Source of the DNA: Clostridia bacterium
Lineage (GTDB): Bacteria; Bacillota; Clostridia; DUPQ01
Direction of reading: 5' to 3'
Length of the DNA: 62,385 nt
Assembly: GCA_046484975.1 (NCBI GenBank)
Contig: JAWOHX010000103.1
Location: 1 to 62,385 of the forward strand
The notes beneath the pieces are model-generated. The model was not told where the DNA came from. It searched no databases and worked only from the letters and a program-made list of their open reading frames with translations. Numbering within the stretch: the first letter of the stretch is position 1; the number at the start of each line of letters is the position of its first letter. Made by a program: the position numbers and the translations under genes. Shown one piece after another: positions 7,944-17,261 of the stretch.

Positions 7944-8877
7944 CCAGGTCCTTGTAAAAATCGAATATGTGGGCATCTGCGGCTCCGACATCCATTATTA
8001 CGAACATGGCAGGATTGGGGACTTCGTGGTCTCTTTTCCCATGATTCTTGGACATGAGTGCGCCGGGGAGATCGTGGAGGCTGGGAAATCTGCAAAGGGC
8101 TTCCAAAGGGGTGACAAGGTGGTCATCGAGCCGGGGTACGGCTGCAGGGTCTGTGACATGTGCAAACAGGGAAAATACAACCTTTGCGGGGACATGACGT
8201 TCATGGCCACCCCGCCTGTGGACGGAGCCTTCTGCGAGTATGTGGCATATCCCTGTGACATGGTGTATCCCTTGCCGCCTGGGCTTTCCTCCCTGGAAGG
8301 TGCACTGGTGGAACCCCTGGCCATTGGTGTTTATGCGGCTGAAAAAGCCGGTGTGGTTCCGGGAATGGATGTATTGGTCCTTGGGGCTGGTTGCATCGGG
8401 ATTCTCACCATGATGTCCTGCAAGGCCTACGGGGCAAGGTCCGTGGGCATCACGGACCTGAATGGCTTCAGGTTGGAAAAAGCGAGGGAACTGGGCGCGG
8501 ACGAGACTTTTTTGGCCGGGAAGAAACAGCTGCGGGAAAACTTCTTTGACGTGGTCATTGATTGCGCCGGAGTTGAGGAGACACTGGCCCAGGGCATCAG
8601 GGCTGTAAAAAAGGGAGGCAAGGTGCTTCTTGTGGGGCTGGGCTCCGAAGGGGACATTCCCCTGGACATCCACCGGGCTGTTTCAAAGGAAATATCAATT
8701 GATACGGTTTTCAGATACAGGAATGTATTCAAAAAGACCATTTCCCTTATTGCCGGGGGGAAAATCGATGTCAAGGGAATCGTGACCCACACCTATCCGC
8801 TGGAAGACATCGGCAAAGCCTTCGCCTTTACGGCAAACAACAAGGGAAAGGTGCTGAAATCTGTTGTCAGGATATAA
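7870..8877 (+). CDS. Zinc-type medium-chain dehydrogenase (sorbitol / L-iditol 2-dehydrogenase-like)
   Basis: It contains GICGSDIHYYEHGRIG...ILGHECAGEIVEAG (catalytic Zn site), CRVCDMCKQGKYNLC (structural Zn) and GAGCIG (Rossmann). The ATG at 7870 has a GGAGAAGG RBS; the track start at 7855 is also possible. Confidence 0.85.
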   Translation: MKAAVLTGIKEMEIRDVPVPVAKDDQVLVKIEYVGICGSDIHYYEHGRIGDFVVSFPMILGHECAGEIVEAGKSAKGFQRGDKVVIEPGYGCRVCDMCKQGKYNLCGDMTFMATPPVDGAFCEYVAYPCDMVYPLPPGLSSLEGALVEPLAIGVYAAEKAGVVPGMDVLVLGAGCIGILTMMSCKAYGARSVGITDLNGFRLEKARELGADETFLAGKKQLRENFFDVVIDCAGVEETLAQGIRAVKKGGKVLLVGLGSEGDIPLDIHRAVSKEISIDTVFRYRNVFKKTISLIAGGKIDVKGIVTHTYPLEDIGKAFAFTANNKGKVLKSVVRI

Positions 8878-8880
8878 AGA

Positions 8881-8967
8881 TGGTGCGAGAAGCGGGACTC
8901 GAACCCGCACGTACTTTCGTACACTAGAACCTGAATCTAGCGAGTCTGCCAATTCCACCATTCTCGC
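8881..8967 (-). tRNA. tRNA-Leu (anticodon CAG), class II with long variable arm, CCA encoded
   Basis: The reverse complement is GCGAGAATGGTGGAATTGGCAGACTCGCTAGATTCAGGTTCTAGTGTACGAAAGTACGTGCGGGTTCGAGTCCCGCTTCTCGCACCA. It shows a 7-bp acceptor stem, anticodon stem CTAGA/TCTAG with loop TTCAGGT, and a GTTCGAGTC T-loop. Confidence 0.9.
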
Positions 8968-8978
8968 ACGCAAGTTAT

Positions 8979-9007
8979 ATTATAATGAATTTATCCGCCC
9001 AATACAA
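8979..9007 (-). promoter_or_regulatory. Sigma-A-type promoter for tRNA-Leu
   Basis: On the minus strand: TTGTAT (9002-9007), a 17-nt spacer, and TATAAT (8979-8984), ending about 11 nt before the mature tRNA 5' end. Confidence 0.5.
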
Positions 9008-9043
9008 TAGAAAGTTTTAGAAAATTAAATGAAGGTGACTGTG

Positions 9044-10441
9044 ATGAACAAATTGTTTGAAGACTACAAGAAGCAGTTGAGGGACAAACGCATTGCCGCC
9101 GTGGGGCTGGGGATCAGCAACAGGCCCCTGGTGAAATACCTGGCGGACCAGGGCATGGAGGTAACCGGCTTCGACAATGCATCCTATGAAAAACTTAAGG
9201 ATTTCGTCGATGAATTCAGCCGGTACAAGAATGTGCGGTTCTTCCTCGGGGAAAATTGCCTGGATGAGCTCTCAGGCTTCGACGTCATCTTCAAGACTCC
9301 GGCCATGCGGCCGGACCTGAAGCCTTTCCTCAGGGAGATCAATCGCGGTGCTGTATTGACAAGTGAGATTGAGGCCTTGATCGAGAACTGTCCTGCTGAA
9401 ATATTTGCGGTCACAGGAAGCGACGGAAAAACCACGACAACGACCCTGATCGGCATGATGCTGGAAGAACAGGGGTACAAAGTCTGGGTGGGGGGAAACA
9501 TTGGAACCCCTCTTTTCGACAAGCTGGACGAGATTGATGAGGACCATAAGGTGGTCCTGGAGCTGGGTTCCTTCCAGCTGCAGACCCTGAAGAAAAAAAG
9601 CCCCGGAATATCCGTCATCACCAACATATCCCCGAACCACCTGGATTTCCACCTGTCCATGGAGGAGTATGTGGATTCGAAAAAAAACATATACAAGCAC
9701 CAGGACGGGTCGGGCAGGCTCATCCTCAATCTGGACAACGAAACCACCAGGGGCTTCAGGCATGAGGCAAAAGGGGAGGTCTTGTTCTTTTCCATCCGTG
9801 AAATCCCTGAAAAAGGCGCATATATGAAGGAAAGCAAGCTTTATCTGCGGGACGGATCCAGGGATACATTCCTGATGAACGCAAGCGAAGTCAAACTGAA
9901 AGGGCTTCACAACATCGAGAACCTCCTGGCCGCCATCACAGCCGTTGACGGCCACGTGGATCCGGAAAGCATCCGGAAGGTCGCCTCAGGCTTCATGGGA
10001 GTGGAACACAGGATGGAATATGTCAAGGAAGTCAACGGGGTCTCCTTCTACAATGATTCCATCGGAAGCACCCCCACGAGGACATGTGCGAGCCTGCAGG
10101 CCTTTGACGGGAAGCTTATCCTGATTGCAGGAGGATACGACAAGCACATCCCCTATGACATCATGGGGGAGCTGATTGCGGAAAAGGTGAAAGCCCTGGT
10201 CCTCATCGGGCAGACCGGGCCACTGATCAAGCAAGCCTATCTGAAGGAAACGGAAAAAAGGAACTTAGCACCCGTACCCATCGTGGAGGCGGACAGGCTG
10301 TCCGAAGCCGTACAGGAGGCATTCAAACTGGCCGTGAAGGGGGACACGGTGATCCTGTCCCCGGCCAGTGCCAGTTATGACATGTTCCCGAATTTCGAGA
10401 TCCGTGGGAAATTGTTCAAGGATTGTGTGAACAGACTCTAG
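9044..10441 (+). CDS. murD: UDP-N-acetylmuramoyl-L-alanine--D-glutamate ligase
   Basis: It has GSDGKTTTTTLIGMML (Mur ligase P-loop) and NISPNHLDFH. The ATG at 9044 is preceded by GAAGGTG; the track start at 9029 is possible. Confidence 0.9.
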   Translation: MNKLFEDYKKQLRDKRIAAVGLGISNRPLVKYLADQGMEVTGFDNASYEKLKDFVDEFSRYKNVRFFLGENCLDELSGFDVIFKTPAMRPDLKPFLREINRGAVLTSEIEALIENCPAEIFAVTGSDGKTTTTTLIGMMLEEQGYKVWVGGNIGTPLFDKLDEIDEDHKVVLELGSFQLQTLKKKSPGISVITNISPNHLDFHLSMEEYVDSKKNIYKHQDGSGRLILNLDNETTRGFRHEAKGEVLFFSIREIPEKGAYMKESKLYLRDGSRDTFLMNASEVKLKGLHNIENLLAAITAVDGHVDPESIRKVASGFMGVEHRMEYVKEVNGVSFYNDSIGSTPTRTCASLQAFDGKLILIAGGYDKHIPYDIMGELIAEKVKALVLIGQTGPLIKQAYLKETEKRNLAPVPIVEADRLSEAVQEAFKLAVKGDTVILSPASASYDMFPNFEIRGKLFKDCVNRL

Positions 10442-10468
10442 ACCTGCGAAGGGATTCGAAAGGCCTGT

Positions 10469-11965
10469 ATGAAGAAATACATCATTGCATTTGACCAGGG
10501 AACCACAAGCTCAAGGGCTGTGGCTTTCGACCGGGAAGGTACGCTGGTGGCCATCAAGAACAAGGAGTTCCCGCAGATTTTCCCCCGTCCCGGATGGGTG
10601 GAACACAATCCTGAGGACCTTGTCTCCAGCCAGTTGTCTGCTTTCAGGGATCTTCTGAAGGAAAACGACATACTTCCACAGGAAATCGACTCCATCGGAA
10701 TCACCAACCAAAGGGAAACCATCGTGGTATGGGACAGGACCACCGGCCTGCCTGTCTACAATGCCATCGTCTGGCAGTGCAGAAGGACAGCCGCCATCTG
10801 CGAGGATCTCAAGGCCAGGGGGTATGCGGAAACAATCCGCTCAAGGACGGGCCTTCTTCCGGATGCATATTTCTCCGCCACGAAAATCCAATGGATCCTG
10901 GACAACGTGGAGGGTGCCAGGGAACGGGCGGAAAAGGGTCAGCTGATGGCCGGGACAGTGGATTCCTGGCTGATATTCAATATGAGCGGCGGCAGCATCC
11001 ATGTGACGGACATCACGAATGCATCAAGGACCATGCTTTTCAACATCATCCATCAGGAATGGGACCCGGAACTGCTTCGCATGATGAATATTCCTGCAGG
11101 CATCCTGCCGGAAGTCAGGGGATGCTCGGAACCCCTGGGCCATTATGACTGCGACGGCGTCAGGATTCCCGTCTGCGGATGTGCGGGAGACCAGCAGGCC
11201 GCCCTTTTCGGCCAGCTCTGCCTGGATTCCGGGGACACAAAGAATACTTACGGGACGGGGTGTTTTCTTTTGATGAACACCGGGAAAGAGCCCGTTTTCT
11301 CCGGCAGCGGTCTATTGACCACCGTCGCCTGGAGAATTGGAGGAGACATCAGGTACGCCCTGGAGGGCAGCGTCTTCAATGCGGGCTCCTCCATCCAATG
11401 GCTCCGGGATGAGCTGGGAATCATTGCGGACGCGGCTGAAAGCGAAGGGTTTGCCAGGCAGGTGGAGGACACAGGCGATGTTTACTTTGTTCCGGCTTTC
11501 ACAGGATTGGGGACACCCCACTGGGACATGTATGCCCGGGGAATCCTCATTGGAATCACCCGGGGGACCAACAAATGCCATATCATCCGGGCAACACTGG
11601 AATCCATCGCTTTCCAGAGTGACGACGTCCTGACCTGCATGAAAAAGGATTCCGGCCTGGAAATGGGGACACTGAAAGTGGACGGCGGCGCCAGCAGGAA
11701 TGGCTTTCTGATGCAGTTCCAGGCGGACCTTCTGGGAGTCCGGGTGTTTCGACCGAAAATCACCGAAACCACCGCCTTGGGGGCGGCTTTCCTGTCCGGA
11801 CTGCATACGGGGTTCTATGAAAGCACAGACACCCTGAAAAAAATCTGCAGGGCGGACATGATATATTATCCGGGCCGGGACGAGAGTTTCCGGGAGAAGG
11901 CGAGGAAACGATGGTCCATGGCGGTGGAGAAGGCAAAGGGGTGGGCCATGGTTGACAAAAAGTAA
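10469..11965 (+). CDS. glpK: Glycerol kinase
   Basis: KYIIAFDQGTTSSRAVAFD, GITNQRETIVVWD and WQCRRTA are FGGY kinase / GlpK signatures. Confidence 0.95.
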   Translation: MKKYIIAFDQGTTSSRAVAFDREGTLVAIKNKEFPQIFPRPGWVEHNPEDLVSSQLSAFRDLLKENDILPQEIDSIGITNQRETIVVWDRTTGLPVYNAIVWQCRRTAAICEDLKARGYAETIRSRTGLLPDAYFSATKIQWILDNVEGARERAEKGQLMAGTVDSWLIFNMSGGSIHVTDITNASRTMLFNIIHQEWDPELLRMMNIPAGILPEVRGCSEPLGHYDCDGVRIPVCGCAGDQQAALFGQLCLDSGDTKNTYGTGCFLLMNTGKEPVFSGSGLLTTVAWRIGGDIRYALEGSVFNAGSSIQWLRDELGIIADAAESEGFARQVEDTGDVYFVPAFTGLGTPHWDMYARGILIGITRGTNKCHIIRATLESIAFQSDDVLTCMKKDSGLEMGTLKVDGGASRNGFLMQFQADLLGVRVFRPKITETTALGAAFLSGLHTGFYESTDTLKKICRADMIYYPGRDESFREKARKRWSMAVEKAKGWAMVDKK

Positions 11966-11978
11966 GGCATTTCCCACG

Positions 11979-12007
11979 TTGACCTTGCCATTGGATGTTG
12001 ATATAAT
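11979..12007 (+). promoter_or_regulatory. Sigma-A-type promoter upstream of glpQ-like gene
   Basis: TTGACC (11979-11984), a 17-nt spacer, and TATAAT (12002-12007). Confidence 0.55.
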
Positions 12008-12059
12008 GGCCTTACAATGCAGGCATGCATTTTTTTCACAGGAGAATATTTGAGAGGAT

Positions 12060-12809
12060 GTGGTTACATTGATATCAAAAACGCTGGTATATGCCCACAG
12101 GGGCGCATCCGGGACGATGCCCGGCAACACCATGGCAGCTTTCGAAAAAGCTTGTGAGATGGGTGCCGACGGGGTGACGGCGGATGTGCTCTTTTCAAAA
12201 GACCATCACATCATGGTCCACCATGAGGCAGGTCTCGGGCAATCGGATGTGGGCAAAGGAAAAATAAAGGACCATACCTGTTTTGAACTGAGGAAATTAG
12301 ACATGGGCGTATGGTTCGGAGAATCATTCAAAGGGCAGAAAATGCCATATATCGAGGAACTTCTGGAATTCATCAAAGACAAGAACATGAAACTGAACAT
12401 CGAACTGAAAGCAGGAAGCCCCCATGATGCAGGCATCGAGGAGAAACTCGTGAGCATCGTTCACAAATACGGGGTGGAAGACCAGGTGGTTTATTCCTCC
12501 ATCAACCACTACTGTCTGGTTTTCATCAAGAAGCTGAACCCACAGGCAAAGATTTGCGCCATCACCCTGTGCACCATGGTAAACCCCTGGGAATACCTGA
12601 AACTGCATGATTTCGACGGATACGAGCCCCATTACCTGTCCATCCACGAGAAAGTGATTGAAAAACTGAAGAACAGAAACATCTTCGTCAATGTGCACAC
12701 GGTCAATGACCATGCCCACATGGAACGCCTGGTCAAGGCAGGCGCTTCCGCCATCATCACGGATGTCCCGGACAAGGTCATCAGGATCAGGGACGGCCTT
12801 GCCGGCTGA
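12060..12809 (+). CDS. Glycerophosphodiester phosphodiesterase
   Basis: LVYAHRGASGTMPGNTMAAFEKA is the GDPD active-site region, and there is a C-terminal ..AIITDVPD. It has a GTG start and is adjacent to glpK. Confidence 0.85.
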   Translation: MVTLISKTLVYAHRGASGTMPGNTMAAFEKACEMGADGVTADVLFSKDHHIMVHHEAGLGQSDVGKGKIKDHTCFELRKLDMGVWFGESFKGQKMPYIEELLEFIKDKNMKLNIELKAGSPHDAGIEEKLVSIVHKYGVEDQVVYSSINHYCLVFIKKLNPQAKICAITLCTMVNPWEYLKLHDFDGYEPHYLSIHEKVIEKLKNRNIFVNVHTVNDHAHMERLVKAGASAIITDVPDKVIRIRDGLAG

Positions 12810-12820
12810 CGAAATATATA

Positions 12821-12849
12821 TGGACAACCCACTACATATAGGGTATAAT
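12821..12849 (+). promoter_or_regulatory. Sigma-A-type promoter of the pyrP leader
   Basis: TGGACA (12821-12826), a 17-nt spacer, and TATAAT (12844-12849). Confidence 0.6.
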
Positions 12850-12873
12850 TTTTTTAAAATAGAATATGTAGTA

Positions 12874-12975
12874 CCTTTAAACTGGTCCAGAGAGGCTTGA
12901 AAGGTTGAATAGAAGACGTTCTTTTATTTGGATATTTAAGTGCTTTCCGGTCATGGGAAGCACTTATATATATAC
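12874..12975 (+). promoter_or_regulatory. PyrR-binding attenuator (binding hairpin plus downstream terminator)
   Basis: The hairpin CCTTT..AAAGG (12874-12904) presents GGUCCAGAGAGGCU, a near-exact match to the PyrR loop consensus ARUCCAGAGAGGYU. An 11-bp terminator stem AAGTGCTTTCC/GGGAAGCACTT (12938-12965) follows, then an A/U-rich run. Confidence 0.75.
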
Positions 12976-12999
12976 AAATTTAACAGGGGGATATTGCAT

Positions 13000-14253
13000 A
13001 TGACAGAAAAAAGCAAGTTGGGCGGCAAGGAGTTCCTGCTCGGTTTCCAGCATCTCTTTGCCATGTTTGGGGCGACGGTCCTGGTTCCGGCACTGACAGG
13101 CCTGAATCCTTTGGTGGCCTTGTTCACCGCCGGTATCGGAACATTGATCTTCCACCTGGTCACCAAGGGGAAGGTGCCGGTTTTCCTGGGCTCGAGCTTT
13201 GCATTCATTGGCGGAATCGCCACCGTGACCGGAATGGGCACGGAAGCCGGGGTCACACCCGAAGGCATCGCAAAAGCCGGGGGAGGGATACTTTGCGCTG
13301 GTCTATTGTACCTTGTGCTTTCAGCCCTGGCATATTTTGTGGGCGTTGAAAGAATTAAAAGCTTTTTCCCGCCGGTGGTCACCGGACCCATCATCATGGT
13401 CATTGGCCTTTCGCTGGTCCCCGTCGCCATCTGGGGAGCAGAGGGCAACTGGCTGGTTGCCACCTTCACCGTTCTCGTCATTGTCGCGGTCATGCTGTTT
13501 ACGAAAGGTTTCTTCAAACTGGTCCCCATCCTGATTGGCATCGTGGCGGGGTACGTGTTGTGCGTCATACTGAAACTTATCGGCGGCCCGGACCTTGTGG
13601 ATCTGTCGGTGGTTGCCAATGCGGACTGGTTCAGCTTCAAACAGATAGCTGAAGGCACCTTCTTCTACCTGCCAAAATTTGACTGGGCGGCCATCACCCT
13701 GATTGCCCCCGTGGCCATCGTGACCTTTGTCGAGCACATGGGTGACATCACCACCAACGGAACCGTTGTGGGCAAGAACTTCCTGGTCGATCCCGGACTC
13801 CACAGGACCCTTCTCGGGGACGGGCTTGCCACCATGTTCGCAGGATTTTTTGGAGGCCCCGCCAACACCACCTATTCTGAAAACACCGGCGTGCTGGCCG
13901 TCACCAAGAACTACAATCCCGCCACACTTCGGATTGCCGCCATATTCGCCATCCTGCTGAGCATATTCGGAAAATTCGGCGCCATCATCAGCACCATCCC
14001 CGGACCTGTCATGGGAGGCATCAGCATCATCCTTTTCGGCATCATCGCCAGCGTCGGCCTGCGCACCGTTGCCGAGGCGGAGCTTGACTTCGCCCACTCC
14101 AGGAACCTCGTCATCGTCGCCCTGGTCCTGGGGCTTGGCATCGGCATCAGCTCCATCGGGGGGATTACCATCGGAAGCATCAACCTGTCGGGTCTCTTCA
14201 TCGCGGCCATTGTGGGTATCGTGTTCAACAAACTGCTACCCAAGGACATTTAA
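13000..14253 (+). CDS. pyrP: Uracil permease (NCS2 family)
   Basis: LLGFQHLFAMFGATVLVPALTGLNP...GIGTLIF..KGKVPVFLGSSFAFIGG closely parallels the UraA/PyrP N-terminus. The ATG at 13000 has an AGGGGGA RBS. A PyrR attenuator lies upstream. Confidence 0.9.
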   Translation: MTEKSKLGGKEFLLGFQHLFAMFGATVLVPALTGLNPLVALFTAGIGTLIFHLVTKGKVPVFLGSSFAFIGGIATVTGMGTEAGVTPEGIAKAGGGILCAGLLYLVLSALAYFVGVERIKSFFPPVVTGPIIMVIGLSLVPVAIWGAEGNWLVATFTVLVIVAVMLFTKGFFKLVPILIGIVAGYVLCVILKLIGGPDLVDLSVVANADWFSFKQIAEGTFFYLPKFDWAAITLIAPVAIVTFVEHMGDITTNGTVVGKNFLVDPGLHRTLLGDGLATMFAGFFGGPANTTYSENTGVLAVTKNYNPATLRIAAIFAILLSIFGKFGAIISTIPGPVMGGISIILFGIIASVGLRTVAEAELDFAHSRNLVIVALVLGLGIGISSIGGITIGSINLSGLFIAAIVGIVFNKLLPKDI

Positions 14254-14274
14254 GGCAACAGACTGTCTTTCAGG

Positions 14275-14310
14275 CACGGGTTGATGATATAATCAACCCG
14301 TGTTTGTTTT
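14275..14310 (+). terminator. Rho-independent terminator after pyrP
   Basis: An 11-bp stem pairs CACGGGTTGAT (14275-14285) with ATCAACCCGTG (14292-14302), followed by TTTGTTTT. Confidence 0.8.
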
Positions 14311-14337
14311 ATTCATAAGGATTTAGACAGGGAAAGG

Positions 14338-14916
14338 ATGGCCGGCATGCCAAGGGTCATCGCGGGAACCGCAGGAGGGCGACATCTGAAGACACCGGAT
14401 GGAAGGGGTACCAGGCCAACCTCGGACAGGGCGAAGGAGGCGCTGTTTAGCATCCTCCATCCATTTCTGGACGAAAACACCCGGTTCCTGGATCTTTTCG
14501 CCGGATCCGGGGCCATCGGCATAGAGGCCTTGTCCAGGGGTGCCCGGGATGCGGTGTTCGTGGATGAAGGCAGGGCATCCATCCGGCTGATCCATGCCAA
14601 TCTGGATGCCTGCGGGTTTTTGGAGCGTTCAAAAGTCTTGGAAATGGAGGTCATGAGGGCACTGGACCTGCTGGGAAAAGGGGGGGAGGCCTTTGACATT
14701 GTTTTCCTTGATCCTCCCTATATCAAAGATTATGCCCGGCCCTGCATTGAAAAAATCATCTGCTGTGGTATAATTACAGAAAGAGGAATCCTTGTCGCAG
14801 AGCATGAGAAAAGCCATCCGCCCCCTGATGAAATCCTTGGTTACCATTCCTATGACAGGAGGATTTACGGGATTTCCGGCTTTTCTTTCTATAGAAAACG
14901 GAGGAAGGAAACTTGA
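14338..14916 (+). CDS. rsmD: 16S rRNA (guanine966-N2)-methyltransferase
   Basis: It has RVIAGTAGGRHLKTPDGRGTRPTSDRAKEALFSIL, LDLFAGSGAIGIEALSRGA and FLDPPY. The start could be the ATG at 14347. Confidence 0.9.
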   Translation: MAGMPRVIAGTAGGRHLKTPDGRGTRPTSDRAKEALFSILHPFLDENTRFLDLFAGSGAIGIEALSRGARDAVFVDEGRASIRLIHANLDACGFLERSKVLEMEVMRALDLLGKGGEAFDIVFLDPPYIKDYARPCIEKIICCGIITERGILVAEHEKSHPPPDEILGYHSYDRRIYGISGFSFYRKRRKET

Positions 14917-15404
14917 AAGTATGGATTTGTCCCGGAAGCTTTGACCCGGTGACCATGGGCCACATGGACATCATCGAGAGGGCGTCGGGCATGTGCGACA
15001 GGCTCATCGTCGCCATCGGCGCCAACACATCCAAAAAGTGCTTTTTCCCGTTGGAGGAGAGGGTGGAGCTCCTCAGGAAAGCACTGTCTTGTTTTCCTAA
15101 TGTGGAGGTGGATTGTTTCAAAGGCCTTCTGATCAGGTATGCAAGGGAAAAAAAGGCGGTGGGGATTGTCAAAGGGTTGAGAGCGGTATCGGATTTTGAA
15201 TATGAGTTCCAGATGGCCTTGCTCAACAAAAGGCTGGATGAGAAAATCGAGACGGTTTTTCTCATGACCAGCATCAACTATTCGTTCTTGAGTTCCAGCG
15301 CGGTCAGGGAAATCGCATCAAACGGCGGGGACATCGAAGGGCTGGTTCCGGATACTGTCAGACAGCAGATAATCAATAAATTATATGATGGTGGTGAAAA
15401 ATGA
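14913..15404 (+). CDS. coaD: Pantetheine-phosphate adenylyltransferase
   Basis: It has CPGSFDPVTMGHMDIIERA and KGLRAVSDFEYE. The TTG start overlaps the rsmD stop. Confidence 0.9.
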   Translation: MKVWICPGSFDPVTMGHMDIIERASGMCDRLIVAIGANTSKKCFFPLEERVELLRKALSCFPNVEVDCFKGLLIRYAREKKAVGIVKGLRAVSDFEYEFQMALLNKRLDEKIETVFLMTSINYSFLSSSAVREIASNGGDIEGLVPDTVRQQIINKLYDGGEK

Positions 15405-15829
15405 TGGTGGTACATGAAAGACTGGCAAGCCTTGAGCGGATCATCGAGGAGGCGAAGCACATTCCCTTCACAACAAAGGTGTCCGTTGACAAGGAAGAGG
15501 TCAACGCCTTGCTCAATGAAATCAAATTGGCTTTGCCGGATGAATTGAAGCAGGCCAAATGGATCAGCGAGGAACGGCAGAAAATCATTCTGGAAGCCCA
15601 CATGGAGGCGGAAGGGATCATTGCAGAGGCAACGTCCAGGGTCGAAGAACACGAGATCACCAGAATGGCCAGAGAGAAAGCGGAGAAGCTGGTGGAGACC
15701 GCTAAAAAAGAAGCCGACCAGGTGAGAATGGCATCCCGGGAATATGCCGACACCCTTCTTGGGAACATACAGGACGAATTGACAAGAATGACAGACACCA
15801 TCAACAGGAACAGGGAAGAGTTGAAATGA
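15401..15829 (+). CDS. Coiled-coil protein of unknown function (ATPase-subunit-like charged helix)
   Basis: It is 142 aa and rich in E/K/A heptads (EERQKIILEAHMEAEGIIAEA..REKAEKLVETAKKEADQ). It overlaps coaD by ATGA. I recognise no catalytic motif. Confidence 0.5.
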   Translation: MMVVHERLASLERIIEEAKHIPFTTKVSVDKEEVNALLNEIKLALPDELKQAKWISEERQKIILEAHMEAEGIIAEATSRVEEHEITRMAREKAEKLVETAKKEADQVRMASREYADTLLGNIQDELTRMTDTINRNREELK

Positions 15830-15878
15830 GAAAATACCCCCAGAACGGCAAAGAAACCAATGGGAAGGGTCGCCCCGG

Positions 15879-17261
15879 ATGAGCCATATCATACAGGATG
15901 AGACCCGGTACATGGATGAGGTCAAAAGCCTGAACCTGAACCGGGAACAAAAGTACAGGATCAAGACATTCGGATGCCAGATGAACGAGAACGACAGCGA
16001 GAAGATCGCCGGGATTCTGGAGGCCATGGGCTATTCGCAAAGCACGGAGGATTCCGGCTATGACATTGTGGTCTACAACACCTGCTGTGTGAGGGAAAGC
16101 GCCGAGAATAAGATTTACGGACACCTGGGCATGGAGAAAAAGACCAAGGAGGCCAATCCGGATCTGATTGTGGCTCTCTGCGGTTGCATGGCGCAACAGG
16201 AAGAAGCGGTGGCGGCCATCCGAAAAAGCTACCCCCATGTGGACATTGTCTTTGGCACCCACAACATCCATCGGTTCCCCGCATTGCTCTTCCAGCTGCT
16301 GCGAAATGAATGCAGCCAGTTCGAGGTTGTCCCGGACAGCGAAGGGATTGTGGAATGCCTCCCCGTCAAAAGAAGGAGCAAGGCGGAGGCTTATGTCCCG
16401 GTGATGTACGGCTGCGATAATTTTTGTTCCTACTGCATCGTGCCGTATGTGCGGGGCAGGGAGAAAAGCAGGAGTTACGGGGAGATTAGGAGAGAGGTGG
16501 AAAGCCTGGTCCATGCCGGGGTCAGGGAGATTACTTTATTGGGACAGAATGTGAATTCCTATGGGAAGAACACAGAGGAATGCATGGATTTCGCAGGCTT
16601 GCTGAGCCGGCTGCAGGATACGGAGGGATTGGAAAGGATCCGATTCATGACCAGCCATCCAAAAGACATATCGGAGAACCTTCTGATTGCCATACGGGAC
16701 CTGCCAAAGGTATGCAAGCATCTGCACCTTCCCCTCCAGTCCGGGAGCACCAGGGTGCTCCGGGACATGAACAGGAACTATACAAAAGAACACTACATCA
16801 GCATCCTGGAAAACATCGCAAGGGAAATACCGGGCATCGGGTTGAGCACGGATGTCATCGTCGGATTCCCGGGTGAAACGGAAGAGGATTTCCAGGACAC
16901 CCTGGACATCCTGGAACGCATCCGGTTTGATTTCGCCTATACCTTCATCTATTCGAAAAGAAGGCACACCCCGGCGGCGGACAGGACGGACATGGTACCT
17001 GACGAAGTGAAAAGCGAACGGTTCGACAGACTTGTCCGCTTGCAGAATGCCATTACACTGGAGAACAACCTGAAGGAAATCGGGAAAACCATGCCGGTCC
17101 TGGTCACAGGTCCCAGCAGGAACCCTCCCGGGATGTTCACCGGAAGGACGGGTTCCAATAAAATTGTCCATTTCAGCGGGAATCCCGCAATGACGGGTAA
17201 AATAATAAATATATTGATCAAGGATGCAAAAACATGGCATCTGGAAGGAGAGGCATTATGA
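15879..17261 (+). CDS. miaB: tRNA-2-methylthio-N6-dimethylallyladenosine synthase (radical SAM methylthiotransferase)
   Basis: It has FGCQMNENDSEKIAG (UPF0004 Cys), GCDNFCSYCIVPYVRGRE (CxxxCxxC) and a C-terminal TRAM domain. Confidence 0.92.
   Translation: MSHIIQDETRYMDEVKSLNLNREQKYRIKTFGCQMNENDSEKIAGILEAMGYSQSTEDSGYDIVVYNTCCVRESAENKIYGHLGMEKKTKEANPDLIVALCGCMAQQEEAVAAIRKSYPHVDIVFGTHNIHRFPALLFQLLRNECSQFEVVPDSEGIVECLPVKRRSKAEAYVPVMYGCDNFCSYCIVPYVRGREKSRSYGEIRREVESLVHAGVREITLLGQNVNSYGKNTEECMDFAGLLSRLQDTEGLERIRFMTSHPKDISENLLIAIRDLPKVCKHLHLPLQSGSTRVLRDMNRNYTKEHYISILENIAREIPGIGLSTDVIVGFPGETEEDFQDTLDILERIRFDFAYTFIYSKRRHTPAADRTDMVPDEVKSERFDRLVRLQNAITLENNLKEIGKTMPVLVTGPSRNPPGMFTGRTGSNKIVHFSGNPAMTGKIINILIKDAKTWHLEGEAL

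Noticed and set aside
8695-8973. A 92-aa minus-strand ORF covering 8881-8967.
   Set aside because: This region folds into a complete tRNA-Leu(CAG) with an encoded CCA, so the ORF is an artefact of reading through the tRNA and the dehydrogenase 3' end.
8881-9028. The lone tRNA-Leu as a possible genomic-island integration site.
   Set aside because: There is no integrase, no direct repeat of the tRNA 3' end nearby, and both flanks are ordinary housekeeping genes (dehydrogenase, murD).
14254-14337. A possible ylbH-leader-type RNA motif upstream of rsmD.
   Set aside because: The gap is fully explained by the pyrP terminator hairpin plus U-tract. I cannot recognise the motif by eye, and the region is too short to support a separate call.
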